64,000 nucleotides of DNA from Mizuhopecten yessoensis (taxonomy: Eukaryota), in contig NW_018407853.1 in the NCBI RefSeq assembly GCF_002113885.1, forward strand, positions 904,486 through 968,485, written 5' to 3'. Shown piece by piece: positions 37,605 to 49,128 of the stretch. The position numbers were made by a program, and so were the translations under genes. How positions within the stretch are numbered: position 1 is the first letter of the stretch; each line of letters starts with the position of its first letter. The notes beneath the pieces are model-generated. The model worked only from the letters and a program-made list of their open reading frames with translations. It was not told the origin of the DNA and made no database searches.

Positions 37605-37690
37605 AGCGTTGCTGCATGTTTCGTAGTTAAAAGGAGTTAACATCTCATAGCTGCTTTGGAGGAACTTGGGAAAACATGAAGAACAAAAAT
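37605..37690. repeat. Right 86-bp inverted repeat
   Basis: agcgttgctgcatgtttc...catgaagaacaaaaat; reverse complement of 31206-31291. Confidence 0.92.
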
Positions 37691-38802
37691 TAAAAGTATA
37701 TTTATATACGATTTTTTGGACAATAAAATGTTTTCATTTAATAATATTCCTTCGGGGACCCCACAGTTGGGTTCCCCTTGTGGGCCCCCTGCTTCAGAAA
37801 GAAAGGGGGGATTCCCATTGGTTGAAAGGTCAAAGGCGAAAGGGCCCCCTGGCTCCTTGCACGCTGACCCCAATCATTAACCCCACAGCCTTTAGATCCG
37901 CCATTTTTAAAAAGCGCAGAAAATCTACAAAACGAAGAAAAGAAAATACCATTGTTGAAAAGACTTACAAATCTTCATAAAAACCCACCCTCCTCCCCTT
38001 ATTCAGCACAGAGAGCATTTTAATAATTAGTAGGGTCTCCAGTCAGATCGGTGATCAAGGCTAACCGGACTGACTCTACCTAATCTTACTGTTCTAAATG
38101 TCACGGTGTGGTTATCACCCTGTCAGTTGGGAGAGGACTATACCATCTGTTGGAATTAGGTGTATAGGTAAAGTGTTATGTCAAAGCATAGACCTAAATT
38201 TACTTTAGGTCTCTGGTCAAAGGTAGAGTCCATTTTATACAATCAATACAATAAGCATATATATTTATCAATACAATATTGAGGAATTCGCAGGAGCTGC
38301 CTTATCAGGCGCTAACTACTACTCCTATGCCACCTGGCTAATATATCCCTATGCGTGTATGCCTGTGTGTGTGCTGGAGATGTATTGTGTTCTGTTTGTA
38401 GTGGGACCGTGCTTCCAACGGTATCATTTACAGTACTAGTGCCACCTCACTTGAATGCTACAGCACAGATACCGCAACACCCACTATGCCTCACTCGAAC
38501 TGTTTGACAATGGAAAAAATATCCGATTAATTATTGCTTTCTACGCTCGGCAGTCTTTGAAATAGTTAAGTATATTGTAACATCTTCAGAAGTGAAATTA
38601 TAATTGTCACAGTCTTAGAAATAATGAAGTTCTATATATTTTTTGATGCCAGAAAGTAGTAAACATGAACAATCGACATAACAATTCTAAGTTATTAGTT
38701 CTAGATAAGTGCAAAAAAATTGCATTCCCCCCATTGCATTGGTTGTGTCGTTTTGCCAGTCTATTTGTGTGAATTTGTCATGGAAATGTTTACCAAAATT
38801 AG

Positions 38803-39018
38803 TTACAGCTATATTTGGACCTAAACTAAGGTGCTCAGAGTAAGTTTACATGTTTTAGGGGTTTAGATCGAATTTCGGTTAAAATGACACCCCGATGTTT
38901 GTATTTCTCGTATATATATAATCTTTGGGGTGTAATTGTTTACCGAAAAGAGATCTAAACACCTAAAACATGTAAAATTACTCTGAACATCTTAGTTTAG
39001 GTCCAAATATAGCTGTAA
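38803..39018. mobile_element. Palindromic MITE with ~95-bp arms, TA-flanked
   Basis: ttacagctatatttggacctaaactaag ... cttagtttaggtccaaatatagctgtaa. Confidence 0.75.
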
Positions 39019-39076
39019 TTAAATCTCAGGTCCCTGTGGTTTGCTCGTTCATGTTTTTCTGAACTGTTTGAACTTG

Positions 39077-39184
39077 TGTAACAGAAGAGAAATGCAACGG
39101 TCAGACCGGGGTTCGAGCTAGGGATACACCAAACTCACAACGGACATTTAACCACGGCGATCGACCCAGTCCAGTTCCGCTATA
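39077..39184 (-). mobile_element. Solo LTR of the tRNA-LTR TRIM family
   Basis: The reverse complement tatagcggaactggactgggtcgatc...tcgaaccccggtctgaccgttgcatttctcttctgttaca matches LTR2 at 23943-24070. Confidence 0.7.
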
Positions 39185-40239
39185 TTTCTAAGTCTTCAAG
39201 ATTTCGAATCTTGCGACCATTTTTACCAGGGTTTTGTCTAAACTCCTTAAAACAAAAGCCGATAGTACCCGGCTCTCTAAACAACAATGAAGACAGGCCT
39301 AAACAAGAACCGTACGTTCAGTTGGTTTCCGTGTCCTAAGTTGCTAAAGGACTGAACGGCACATGTTGCTGCCTAATGACATGCCAGCGAATGTGGAAAC
39401 AAAATACAATAGTAGGAGTTTTTGTTGTTGCTGTTTATCTCGTTTTATCGTTGCTCGCGTTAGATAACAGGTAATAAACCAACGGAACTACATGTCCATT
39501 ATGGACGTAAGTTTTAATTTAATGAATTTATTTCAAAATAACATAAGTAAATTATATGTCATATTTATACATATGTGTAGTAACAATATTAATAGAGCAG
39601 CGACCGTCAAAGAGTCACCCGCCTAACGTCAATGCTTTATTTACATATGAGAAGACACCTTCACCACGGAGGAATAGGCATATATGCGCGATTAAAACCA
39701 GATACCAGTACAGCGACATAGCAAATTCAACAGGAGTATTTTTAGTATTGGTGTAAGTGTTATTCATGAATTTTAAAGGGCCAATTAGTATCCTTTAATA
39801 TATATGTTTAGTATGCAGTGGCGGATCCATTTTCCTCAATTTTCCCCCACATGGACCCCNGTATGCTTCTTCATAATCAACATGTATTATTATATGAGGA
39901 TATTGTCTAATGTGGGGGTCTAAGATAATGATGAACTCTATTTTATAAATGAATTATTATAACTTCATATATATATATCCAAATCGTAGTATTATAGTTA
40001 TGTATTAGCATTTGCGCTGCAACCCACTGTTAAACATTACCAGCAGGAATGCATTTCATTTGAGTATGAAAGCAAAATCTCTCGTGACGCGACACGTGGT
40101 TTACTTATGACATCATAAATTAATCTTGTTCAATGAGAGTCTTGTCGCTTCGATTCGGATAACATGGGAAATGCCCCTACGTCAAACGCTCAAATGACTA
40201 CAGTTAATTTTTGACGCCAATTTTATTCAGAAAGGATCG

Positions 40240-40351
40240 TTCATGCCGGTATGAACGCAAATCGGTTACATCCGTATTAAACACGAAGCCCTATAGCTAC
40301 TAGGCTTCATGCCATATGGATGTAACCGATTTGCGTTCAAACCGGCATGAA
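40240..40351. repeat. Long hairpin with 34-bp near-perfect arms, downstream of the protease stop codon
   Basis: ttcatgccggtatgaacgcaaatcggttacatcc ... ggatgtaaccgatttgcgttcaaaccggcatgaa. Confidence 0.85.
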
Positions 40352-40653
40352 AATTAAAAAAAACCGTCGTTCAATCCCTATATGTATATATTTGATGAAA
40401 CTCCCAGATTGCTGGAGTTAAGTTTCAAACTTGCAAATACGATGGTGAATTTCTAAAAATGTGATGCTCGTATCATCAGAAACCGTTTTACTTTGAACAT
40501 AAGAACGGTTTATGATATACTCGATCGTTCCGACTCACAAGCAGAAAATTCTCACATTATTGACTTATAACCCGAAAAAAAACACGTTCTGTATGTTTAT
40601 GTTGTGACGATTTGTTTCGGCGACGTTCCACTGTATCCAGATTCGCCATGTTG

Positions 40654-43600
40654 TCATTTGGAGTGTTTCTGGTTTTCTGCCATATTTTCACCAAGTTCCT
40701 TATTCGCCTCAGATAACTGTCCAAGTTTTCTCTTCTCTTGGATTCGGCTTAAAATCCAGCGTCGAAAGATGGCGACTTTTGTGAAGACTGTTGGGTATCT
40801 CTGACAGGACACGGCCCCCCACGACGTCGTGCCCAGGAGGACAAATGAACCTTTCCTCTTACATACGAGAGGACCGCCAGAATCGCCCTTGAGGAGGATA
40901 AGAAAGAACATAGCAAACGGCAGTGTGAAAACAAATAACTCTTAATAACAAATTGTTGAGAAAAAAATCAAATCGCCTTTACATATTCGCCAATACTGCT
41001 AAATATATATTTTTTATAGCGTGCCAATGTGTTCTCTCACACATTTTTAACACAAAAATAGCGAATATGTCAACTGTTACAATATTACAGGACTTTTTGT
41101 CATGGAGTTAAAACCTTTTCCCCTAAACTTCATCCTGTACACTGACCAACTTACTTCACAAGCAGCCGTGTTGTTATAGAAGGCACAGAGACTGGTAGTT
41201 TTAACTATCCCGCCCCAGAACTTCTCAGAATTACACTTGCTGTTGCTGATGATGTTGATATTGGCTTCCTGAAGTCGCGTGGCGAGTTTACCATAACCTC
41301 CCACTGCGCATGCGAAATGAAAATAGAAAACCATGATTTTGTACATATGATGGATGGGGAAGACATATATACATAAATTGTATAGTTTTATATCATCATA
41401 CAGATAATGGTCCCTTTATTACTTCCACTATCCTGAAAATTAACCTGTACCCAAGACTAACCCAGATCGGTATTGATACAAATACATACATCAAATGTAA
41501 TAAAAACAAAAATCTAAGTGGTTATCTTAGAGATTTCAATACACAATTTTATGTTATTTAGTAGATTCAGACCACTTTACCTTCATTTGGAACGCTACTT
41601 TTCATTTCCTTGCAGGAAGATGTTTCTAAACAAAGAAGATATTAAAGCTTCTGATTATTTCATTTATCGAAAGTTGTATTTACAATTTCACACATGTAAA
41701 GATCAAACTTTATGAAATATGCAATGAAGATAACATGAAGATCAATTATTTCCGAGATATTCGATTTGATTGAAATAAATGAGTAATTACGTAACTCGTT
41801 TGCTTGGCCATTGTTAAACACAAGCACATGTTTCATTTATTACATTTTCTATAAACTACCATTTCTTCATTTATTAGTCATTTATAGATGTGATGTAGCC
41901 CAAACACGGAACATTTCAAAACCTGAACAGTGTTTTCGGTTAAATATATTTACGTTATATTCTGCCGTAGTGGAGACTGAAGTCAATTCTCTTTGAAAAT
42001 AGGATAACTTTGTCTGCATTCATCATTAACGGCTTAGGGAAGCCTTTCAAAAAATATGCTTGTTCACATACTTCAAACTGATCTTATTAGACAAACGGGT
42101 GTTTAAATTGGCTCTCACCCCAGTTGTTCAAAATTTGCATAAAGGGTTCGGTAGCTATAGCTTATCAACATATATCTACCATATCATGGCGTTGTCACTA
42201 TATAACCCTACACAATTCAGTTGACATTCATATAGGCTATGAATGCCATGGACCGATTCTTGACGTCATCATTATTGCTGTTCAAGTCACTGAGCAAGCA
42301 TACACGATACATACATTGTTTGAACTAAATGCTGAATAGTAATAAGTGTAATTGAATTTTCTATGCTGCTTTCAGTTGGCATTCATAGGCAATATTAATT
42401 CAATCCGAAAGAAGTTCAATGCTTAATTATGACTTAAAAGACATTCAATTACAAATCATCATCAATAAACTTACAACTGTGACAGAGGTCATTGCTTCTT
42501 CTATACATACCAATCAGGATATTGACTTACCCTCCTCTTCCTTGTCATTCTCCCCACCCTCCTCATCCTCCTCCTCTTCCTCATCCTGCGTCACAACTCC
42601 CCACCCCGTGATGTAACAGTCGTTGTTGGACAGTCTCTGATTACGTCTGGCCAGGGCAGGGATCGGTCTCACACCCGGGGTGTCCGTAGCGTTGGTTTTC
42701 AGGTGGATTAGGGCGATGTCATATCCTCCCAAGAAATCGTCTTTGTAGAGAGGGTGCTGGCAGAAGTATCACAATATACAGTTATAGAACGGGTATGAGG
42801 GAAATAGCAAATTCATGGTCGCCGAGGTGAAAAAAATGTTGCCGGAGGCGTTGAAGCTGGTGGAGATATTTTATCGTTTTTATATTGGGCAAACCAGGGA
42901 TGTGTAGTCCACTACACATCCCTGGGCAAACCCAGTAGAGGTATGATAAAAAAAGAGCAAAATTACAGAGACCAGACACGTTAGTAGTATAGGGAGTATA
43001 GACTGTGATAGCTAAGGATCTTACCGTTGTTACATGTTATGGTAAACTATAGAATCGACCCCGGTATCGTCTTAAGCTTGCAGAAAGAGATACCATAGTA
43101 CGTTGGATCCCGAGTACTGACAAGAGGTTCGAAAATGGTCACTCTGGTACATTACTCAGTACCTGGTACATCAGTTTGAAAGTGCAAAACAAAAACGTTC
43201 ACAACGTACTCTATAGGTCTCCGTATTCATAGTAGATCTGGCCCCAGTTTGCTCAAAGGTCGGGTAACGTTAACCAGTGGTAAGTGAAATATTCAAGTTG
43301 TTGTCAAAGAAAAGCAATGGCTTTCAAAGCAAAACACATCGATCTGATCTGTCTAAACAACACAGCAGGGAAAGGCTACTAGATCTTCTTGATGATTTTC
43401 TCGTGTTCATATTTTTAGATTTTCTCTAACTGCAACTTTACTCTAAATAAGCTTTGAGCAACCGGGGTATGGTGCATTTAACAAAGATATTAGTGTAAAT
43501 TATGAATACTTTATAATCAAGTACATTTCGTCAGAGTGTTTATGCATATGAAGATACTAACCAACGATGTATATATCACTTTGATGTACTGCTCCGTACC

Positions 43601-46600
43601 CTCCGGAACGTCTCGGTTGTAGTCCCCCAACACTACCGTTAAATTGTCAACTCTGAACAAACAAACAAAACCACAATAAATGCACGATATACTTCGTGTC
43701 TTACATCCATTTAAAGTTTAAAGTTAACTTCATGTTATAGGTTTTAAATATTGTAATAGAGGTCCTTATTTTTCTAATTCCTCCGCTACGAGTCGCACCC
43801 GTGACCCCTGGCTTACTCATCTGTCGCTCTACCAGATGAACTGGTGAGAAATTATTCCTAGCTGAGTCGGTAGGAAGCGGCTAGTATTTTATCAGGATGA
43901 TATATGATAAATGCTTACATGTTTCAGATTACAAGTTCGTGAAAAGAGTATTGATGTTATTACACTTTCTTTACAGTGCACCGCTACGTAAATATCAATA
44001 AATACATATACGGCTTTTATTTCAAATGACGAATTCTTAATGATAGCTACGGAAACCCATTGGTGCGAAGTAAAATCGAAGAAAAAGAAGATATTATTGC
44101 GCAATACTTTTGCGAATATTGCGCGATAAATGTTTTTAGATTTCATTTGGCACCAATGGGCTTCAGTAGATAACCTTTATTGGGTGCCTTAACCAGAATT
44201 TCTAAAATGTTCGTGATATCAAAAGTTTAATATACACGTTAACAAGGATCAAATTATAGCTTAAAACAGTTATAAGAGACAACAGCATATCATGACGAAG
44301 AGAACCGGTTTTCCGGACCGGTAAGAGTTTCCCATAACACATGAGGTGCCTGAGGTGACGTATCACATCCTGTAAAATGTATTTTAACCTTATTCATCCA
44401 GACTTCAATTATTCAGCTGCGCTATAATAAGAAGTAAACCACAGGCTTGTTTTAACTAGTCGGAATTTCGTTGGCATGGGTTATTATACAAATAAAAATT
44501 GTCCAAACAAATATTGTAACGTTGTAAGTAAGTATGATAAAGCGGGCTCTACTCACTTGCGCCCCCGGACACAGTGTGCCGCCGTGAGGACGGTATCGTA
44601 CTCTATGAGGGTACCTCCACACACGAATCCCTCCCTCGACACTAACACTCCAGCCTGCCACGGCCAAGAACGACTCCGCGAGTCCTTGCCACCCACAATC
44701 GAACGGACACTCGGCGTCTCCGTGGGTGCTCCTATAAACAGTGGTAATTTCAATAATTTTATTTTATAAGTAGATTTCATCTTACATCCCAGCGGTAAAC
44801 CGTTAATGTCTGTTCAGTTAGTAGTCAGAATGTTTCCCGGGGTATTCGGACATTGTGATGATCTACTTTGTCAAGATGTAGACTTTGCTGCGTTTAGCTA
44901 GAAAATCGCGTAGTATTTTAATTATTATTAACATTTATTCCACATCTATCATGGTAAGCCCGTATGTTAACTCCAATATTAGAAGTCCAAAACAACAGTA
45001 ATGAAACTAAATATCCGGGTAAAACATATTAAGGCTTTTTACACCAGGGCCCAGTTGTTCAAAAGGAGGTTAGCTAAATCACTATTCAACGACATTTGTA
45101 ATATTAATTAATAATTAATAATTCCGTTAATGAAACAAGAGGCCCAATAGGCCTGAATCGCTCACCTGGTATTAATCTCACAAATAATCTTTAAAGTGGA
45201 CTAAAATACAGCTACAGGCAGAATATCAGTGTTTGACTCATAAGAACCCATTAAAAGATTTAAACATATGACGCCTCTGACTTTGAATTTCGAACAAGGA
45301 CATAAGGTTGAACAGAGTTTATAGTCGTCCAACCAAGCATGCTTCTGGCAAAATATCATTACCCTGGACCTTTTGGTTATACAGAACAATTCATTTAAAG
45401 ATTTAATCATATATTGACCACTGTGACCTTGCATATGGGCGAAGGTCAATCATTTGAAAAAAACCTGGTAGTCCTTCATCCTAGCATGCTACTGGCCAAA
45501 TATTATAACCCTCAGCCTCTTGGTTATTGAGAAGAAGTAGTTTTAAAGGTTTTAAACATATTTGACCCCTGCAACCTTGAAAAGGGGCGAAGGTCATTTG
45601 TTTGAACAAACTTGGTAGCCCTTCATCCAAGCATGATACTGGCCAAATATCATCACCCTAGGCCTCTTCGTTCTTCAGAAGAAGTCGTTCAAAGATTTTA
45701 ACATATTTGACCCCTGTGACCTTGGATATGAGCGAAGTTCATTCATTTGAACAATTTGGTAGCACTTCATCCCAGCATCTAACTGGCAAAATATCATAAC
45801 CCTAGGCCTCTTGGTAGTTCAGAAGAAGCTGTTTGAAGGTTTTAAACATATAAGACCCCTGCAAATTTGAAAAGAGGCGAAGGTCATTTGTTTGAACAAA
45901 CTTGGTAGCCCTTCATCCAAGCATGATACTGGCAAAATATCATCACCCTAGGTCTCTTGGTTCTTCAGAAGAAGTCGTTCAAAGATTTTGACATATTTGA
46001 CCCCTGTGACCTTGAAAATGGATGAAAGTCATTCATTTGAACAAACTTGGTAGCCCTTGATTCCAGGATGCTACTGGCCAAATATCATCATCCAAGGCAG
46101 TTTGGTTATTAAGAAGAAGTTGTTTTAAAGGTTTTAAACATATTTGACTCCTGTGACCTTGGAAATGGGAGAAGGTCATTTGTTTGAACAAACTTGGTAT
46201 CCCTCCATCCCAGCATGTTACTGGCCAAATATCATCACCCTAGGTCTCTTGGTTCTTCAGAAGAAGTCGTTCAAAGATTTTAACATATTTGACCCCTGTG
46301 ACCTTGAAAATGGATGAAGGTCATTAATTTGAACAAACTTGGTAGCCCTTAATTCCAGGATGCTACTGGCTAAATATCATCATCCTAGGCCTTTTGGTTA
46401 CTGAAAAAAAGTTGTTTAAGTAAAAAGTTGACGCCGGACAGACGGACAACGGACGACGGACGGACGGACGACGGACGACGGACTGACGACGGACGCCGCA
46501 CCATGGCATAAGCTCACTTGCCCTTCGGGCAGGTGAGCTAAACATAAAAATATCACAATTTTGCATGTAAATTCATTTTAGTAAATATTTGATATCTGAA

Positions 46601-47457
46601 AAGTTGTAACTAATTCAATAGTTGCGTTTTGAAGTTACACAAATATTGAAATTTGTGCAAATCACTGATTAAGCTAAACACCTTTTTAACAACTGGGCCC
46701 AGATATTCCATGCGGTCCACAGTTGTCTACATTTTCGCCCCTCTGACGTTGGTTAGACATTGCTTTTAGCTCTATTCCCATCAAAGCGCAGACATTTCTA
46801 GTTACAAATGTATTATTCTAGGGCGCTTAAGTATAATTTCGGTTAAATATTATTTCTCCTATAACCACTCATGAAGCATCGGGTATACCTGCAAGGAGTT
46901 GGTACACATTTCATATTACCCATATGCTGGTAACAGACAGGATGTTACTTATTTGGCTAGTCTTTCAATAATGACGTCCTGTAGAAGAGCTATTATAATG
47001 ACAATTGTTTCTTAGATCGCACGCAGGGATATGTATTTTCAAAAAGAGACATATTGCTTTCCAGACATCCAAACCTTTAATGGCTAGTTATTATATTTAT
47101 CTTACTCTCAGAAATTTATTTTCAAACTGTGAAAAGACTCGGCAAATATCATGTAGAACTAATAAATTTCAAAATAAACATAAAACCAACCACCGGATTG
47201 CTGGGGAACATCTATATCAACATGTTCAAACGCGAACGTTTCCACTCTTGAGATATGTATTGATCAGAGAGGATGCGTGCATCAAGGACGGTACTTTATA
47301 ATTTCGAATACTATCTCCTCAGACTCCGAAACTCCGAAACCAAAGTGAGATGGACTCCTTGCCGGGTATATGTCTTACCTTTACAGGACGTCCACGCCAG
47401 AACAACAGACCATGATACAAAGGCACACAGATCCACATGAGAACGGAAGATAAACAT
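40654..47457 (-). CDS. Secreted S1A serine protease, chymotrypsin/elastase-like. Exons 47457-47379, 44731-44557, 43652-43562, 42756-42531, 41625-41581, 41303-41155, 40887-40654
   Basis: IVGG, WPWQ, CGGTLI, LTAAHC (His), DIALI (Asp), CYITGWG and ACEGDSGGPLVC (Ser). Residue 189 is Ala rather than Asp. Junctions are GT-AG and phase-compatible. The first exon and the 45-nt exon are less certain. Confidence 0.88.
43240..43467. mobile_element. Small MITE with imperfect TIRs
   Basis: ggccccagtttgctcaaag ... ctttgagcaaccgggg. Confidence 0.5.
43752..43894 (-). mobile_element. tRNA-derived repeat (SINE head, or solo LTR of a second tRNA-LTR family)
   Basis: The minus strand has A-box-like agttcatctggtagagcg and B-box-like gggtgcgactc; the segment is bounded by TG...CA. 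Confidence 0.4.
45048..46699. mobile_element. PIF/Harbinger-like MITE (33-bp TIRs, CAG target duplication) interrupted by a HINE
   Basis: cag|ggcccagttgttcaaaaggaggttagctaaatc ... gattaagctaaacacctttttaacaactgggcc|cag. Confidence 0.78.
45134..46542 (-). mobile_element. HINE-like element carrying about 8 copies of a ~145-bp satellite unit
   Basis: aacaagaggcccaataggcct...gctcacctg at one end; ggacg/gacg microsatellite and agctcacttgcccttcgggcaggtgagctaaa at the other; core units recur at 45591, 45881 and 46173 (dimer period ~291). Confidence 0.82.
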
Positions 47458-48488
47458 TGCAGGTAAATCTGCTTCAAACTAGGTATGCATCACCATCCGC
47501 AGCAATGTTCTCACGACTGACGCTGTCGTCTGCTTCACTCCATTACCTGACGTTATTACGATTCTATAACCACGGATCCAAGAGACCTTGGCTGGTTAGC
47601 CAGAGGTCAAGAACAGCGTCACCAATCTGTTGGACATCCCCCCTCTATAAATGCCCGAGTTTTCCTTCGTTTCCTGATCATTGACATTGTATGTGATATC
47701 TATAACCGTCAAACATAACAACGGATTGGGGCCCAGTTTTCCTGTGATGTTAAAAAGATTCTGTCGGATTTCTGATGACGTCAAAACATCTCGCTCTGGC
47801 ATCGAACAGGTGTGGATTGATGCACGCTAGTGCCTGACCCCGAGAGAAGTAGAATTAGATGTCAGTCAGCGGAAAATATAAATAGTAAGGGTAAATGACT
47901 CCCTTTATGATAGTACTTGTCTTAAAGCGATTGATTTTTCGGTAAGGACTGTTTAATTCCCACTTTATCAAACATTTGACTTTCCTCTCGCACTTCTCTT
48001 CTTAGTAACGTTATACGTTTTATTCAAACTAGTCGAAATACCACCTCGTGAATTTTCAATAGATATTTATACTGTTACTATCATTCAGTAGTATGATGTA
48101 ATAATATTCAATCATGGATCAAGAATTAGGTCTCTTAAGTGTTAGCGGATCACAACTGAGGCGTCAAGTTATAGCTTTTGGAATATACGACACTATGAAT
48201 AGCTACAGGGTGGCTGATTTGTTTGGGTTTTTTCGCCGGTACAAATAACAAATTGGCGTTTTATTCTTCATTAGCGCTCATCATCACGAAAGTTCTAATT
48301 TACTAATTTGTGTGCTTGTTTCGTCTTTCACATGTACTTCATCGTCGTCATTTTGACAAGTATGAAACAATGTACAGATCGAAGGTCTAAAGATGGTTTT
48401 CTATGAGTAAGCAAGTGGTATTGATAAAAGAATTCCAAAATGACGAACTTACAATCAAATGTGTATGGTGAGCAGGGAGGTGTTACAG

Positions 48489-48570
48489 CGCCATTTCGGT
48501 AAACGGCTCTTTGTCGCCATTTCGGTAAACGGCTCTTTGTCGCCATTTCGGTAAAAGGCTCTTTGTCGCC
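48489..48570. repeat. 26-bp tandem repeat, 3 copies (cgccatttcggtaaacggctctttgt)
   Basis: Directly visible. Confidence 0.85.
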
Positions 48571-48597
48571 TTTTCCCGGGGCCCCCTGTCATCACAA

Positions 48598-49128
48598 AAC
48601 AAGAGTACCGCGGGGCAGAACAATATACGCCCGTCGAATGCCATAGTGTTATATACTTTCTTACATTGAAATAAGATCTACATCAATCAAATAGTAGTTA
48701 GCTGACATGCTATAAAAATATAGGAGAAAATATTCGAATACAAAAATCAAATATTGAAATTAACAAAGGGCAATAACTTTTGCTTAAATCGTCGAATCTA
48801 AATTCTTTTCAAGGGAACACAACAACATATCAGGATTATTTAGCCGACTTAGTTTCAAAGAAATCTGTCAAAAAATGTAAGAGGAGATTTCCGGACAAAA
48901 AATCAAATACTGAAATGAACAAAGGGCAATAACTTTTGGAAAAATTGTCGAATCAAAATTCTTTTATGGGAGACACAACTTCATATCATGATTATAATGT
49001 ATACCAAGTTTCAAAGAGATCGGTCGAAAAATGTAGGAGGAGATTACCGGACAAACAAAAGTTTACGCCGGACGGACGGACAACGCCATACCATAATACC
49101 CCCGTCAAATTTGACGGGCGTATAAAAA
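48598..49128 (-). mobile_element. HINE-like element of a different subfamily
   Basis: aacaagagtaccgc...tatacgcccgtc at one end; cggacggacggac and cccgtcaaatttgacgggcgtataaaa at the other; two ~157-bp core units. Confidence 0.7.

Larger units (their letters stand above)
31206..37690 (+). mobile_element. Tyrosine-recombinase retrotransposon (DIRS order, Ngaro-like coding region), bounded by 86-bp inverted repeats
   Basis: gag, RT/RNase H and YR ORFs at 33140-36821. 31206-31291 is the reverse complement of 37605-37690 with one mismatch. The outer boundaries are inferred from these repeats. Confidence 0.85.

Noticed and set aside
39817-39870. cagtggcggatcc element start and a single N at 39860
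   Set aside because: Only a short terminal fragment next to an ambiguous base (related ends at ~30946 and ~37900); boundaries cannot be supported.
46865-46890. Extra protease micro-exon after ccttgcag on the minus strand
   Set aside because: No convincing donor; exons 1 and 2 already join in phase.
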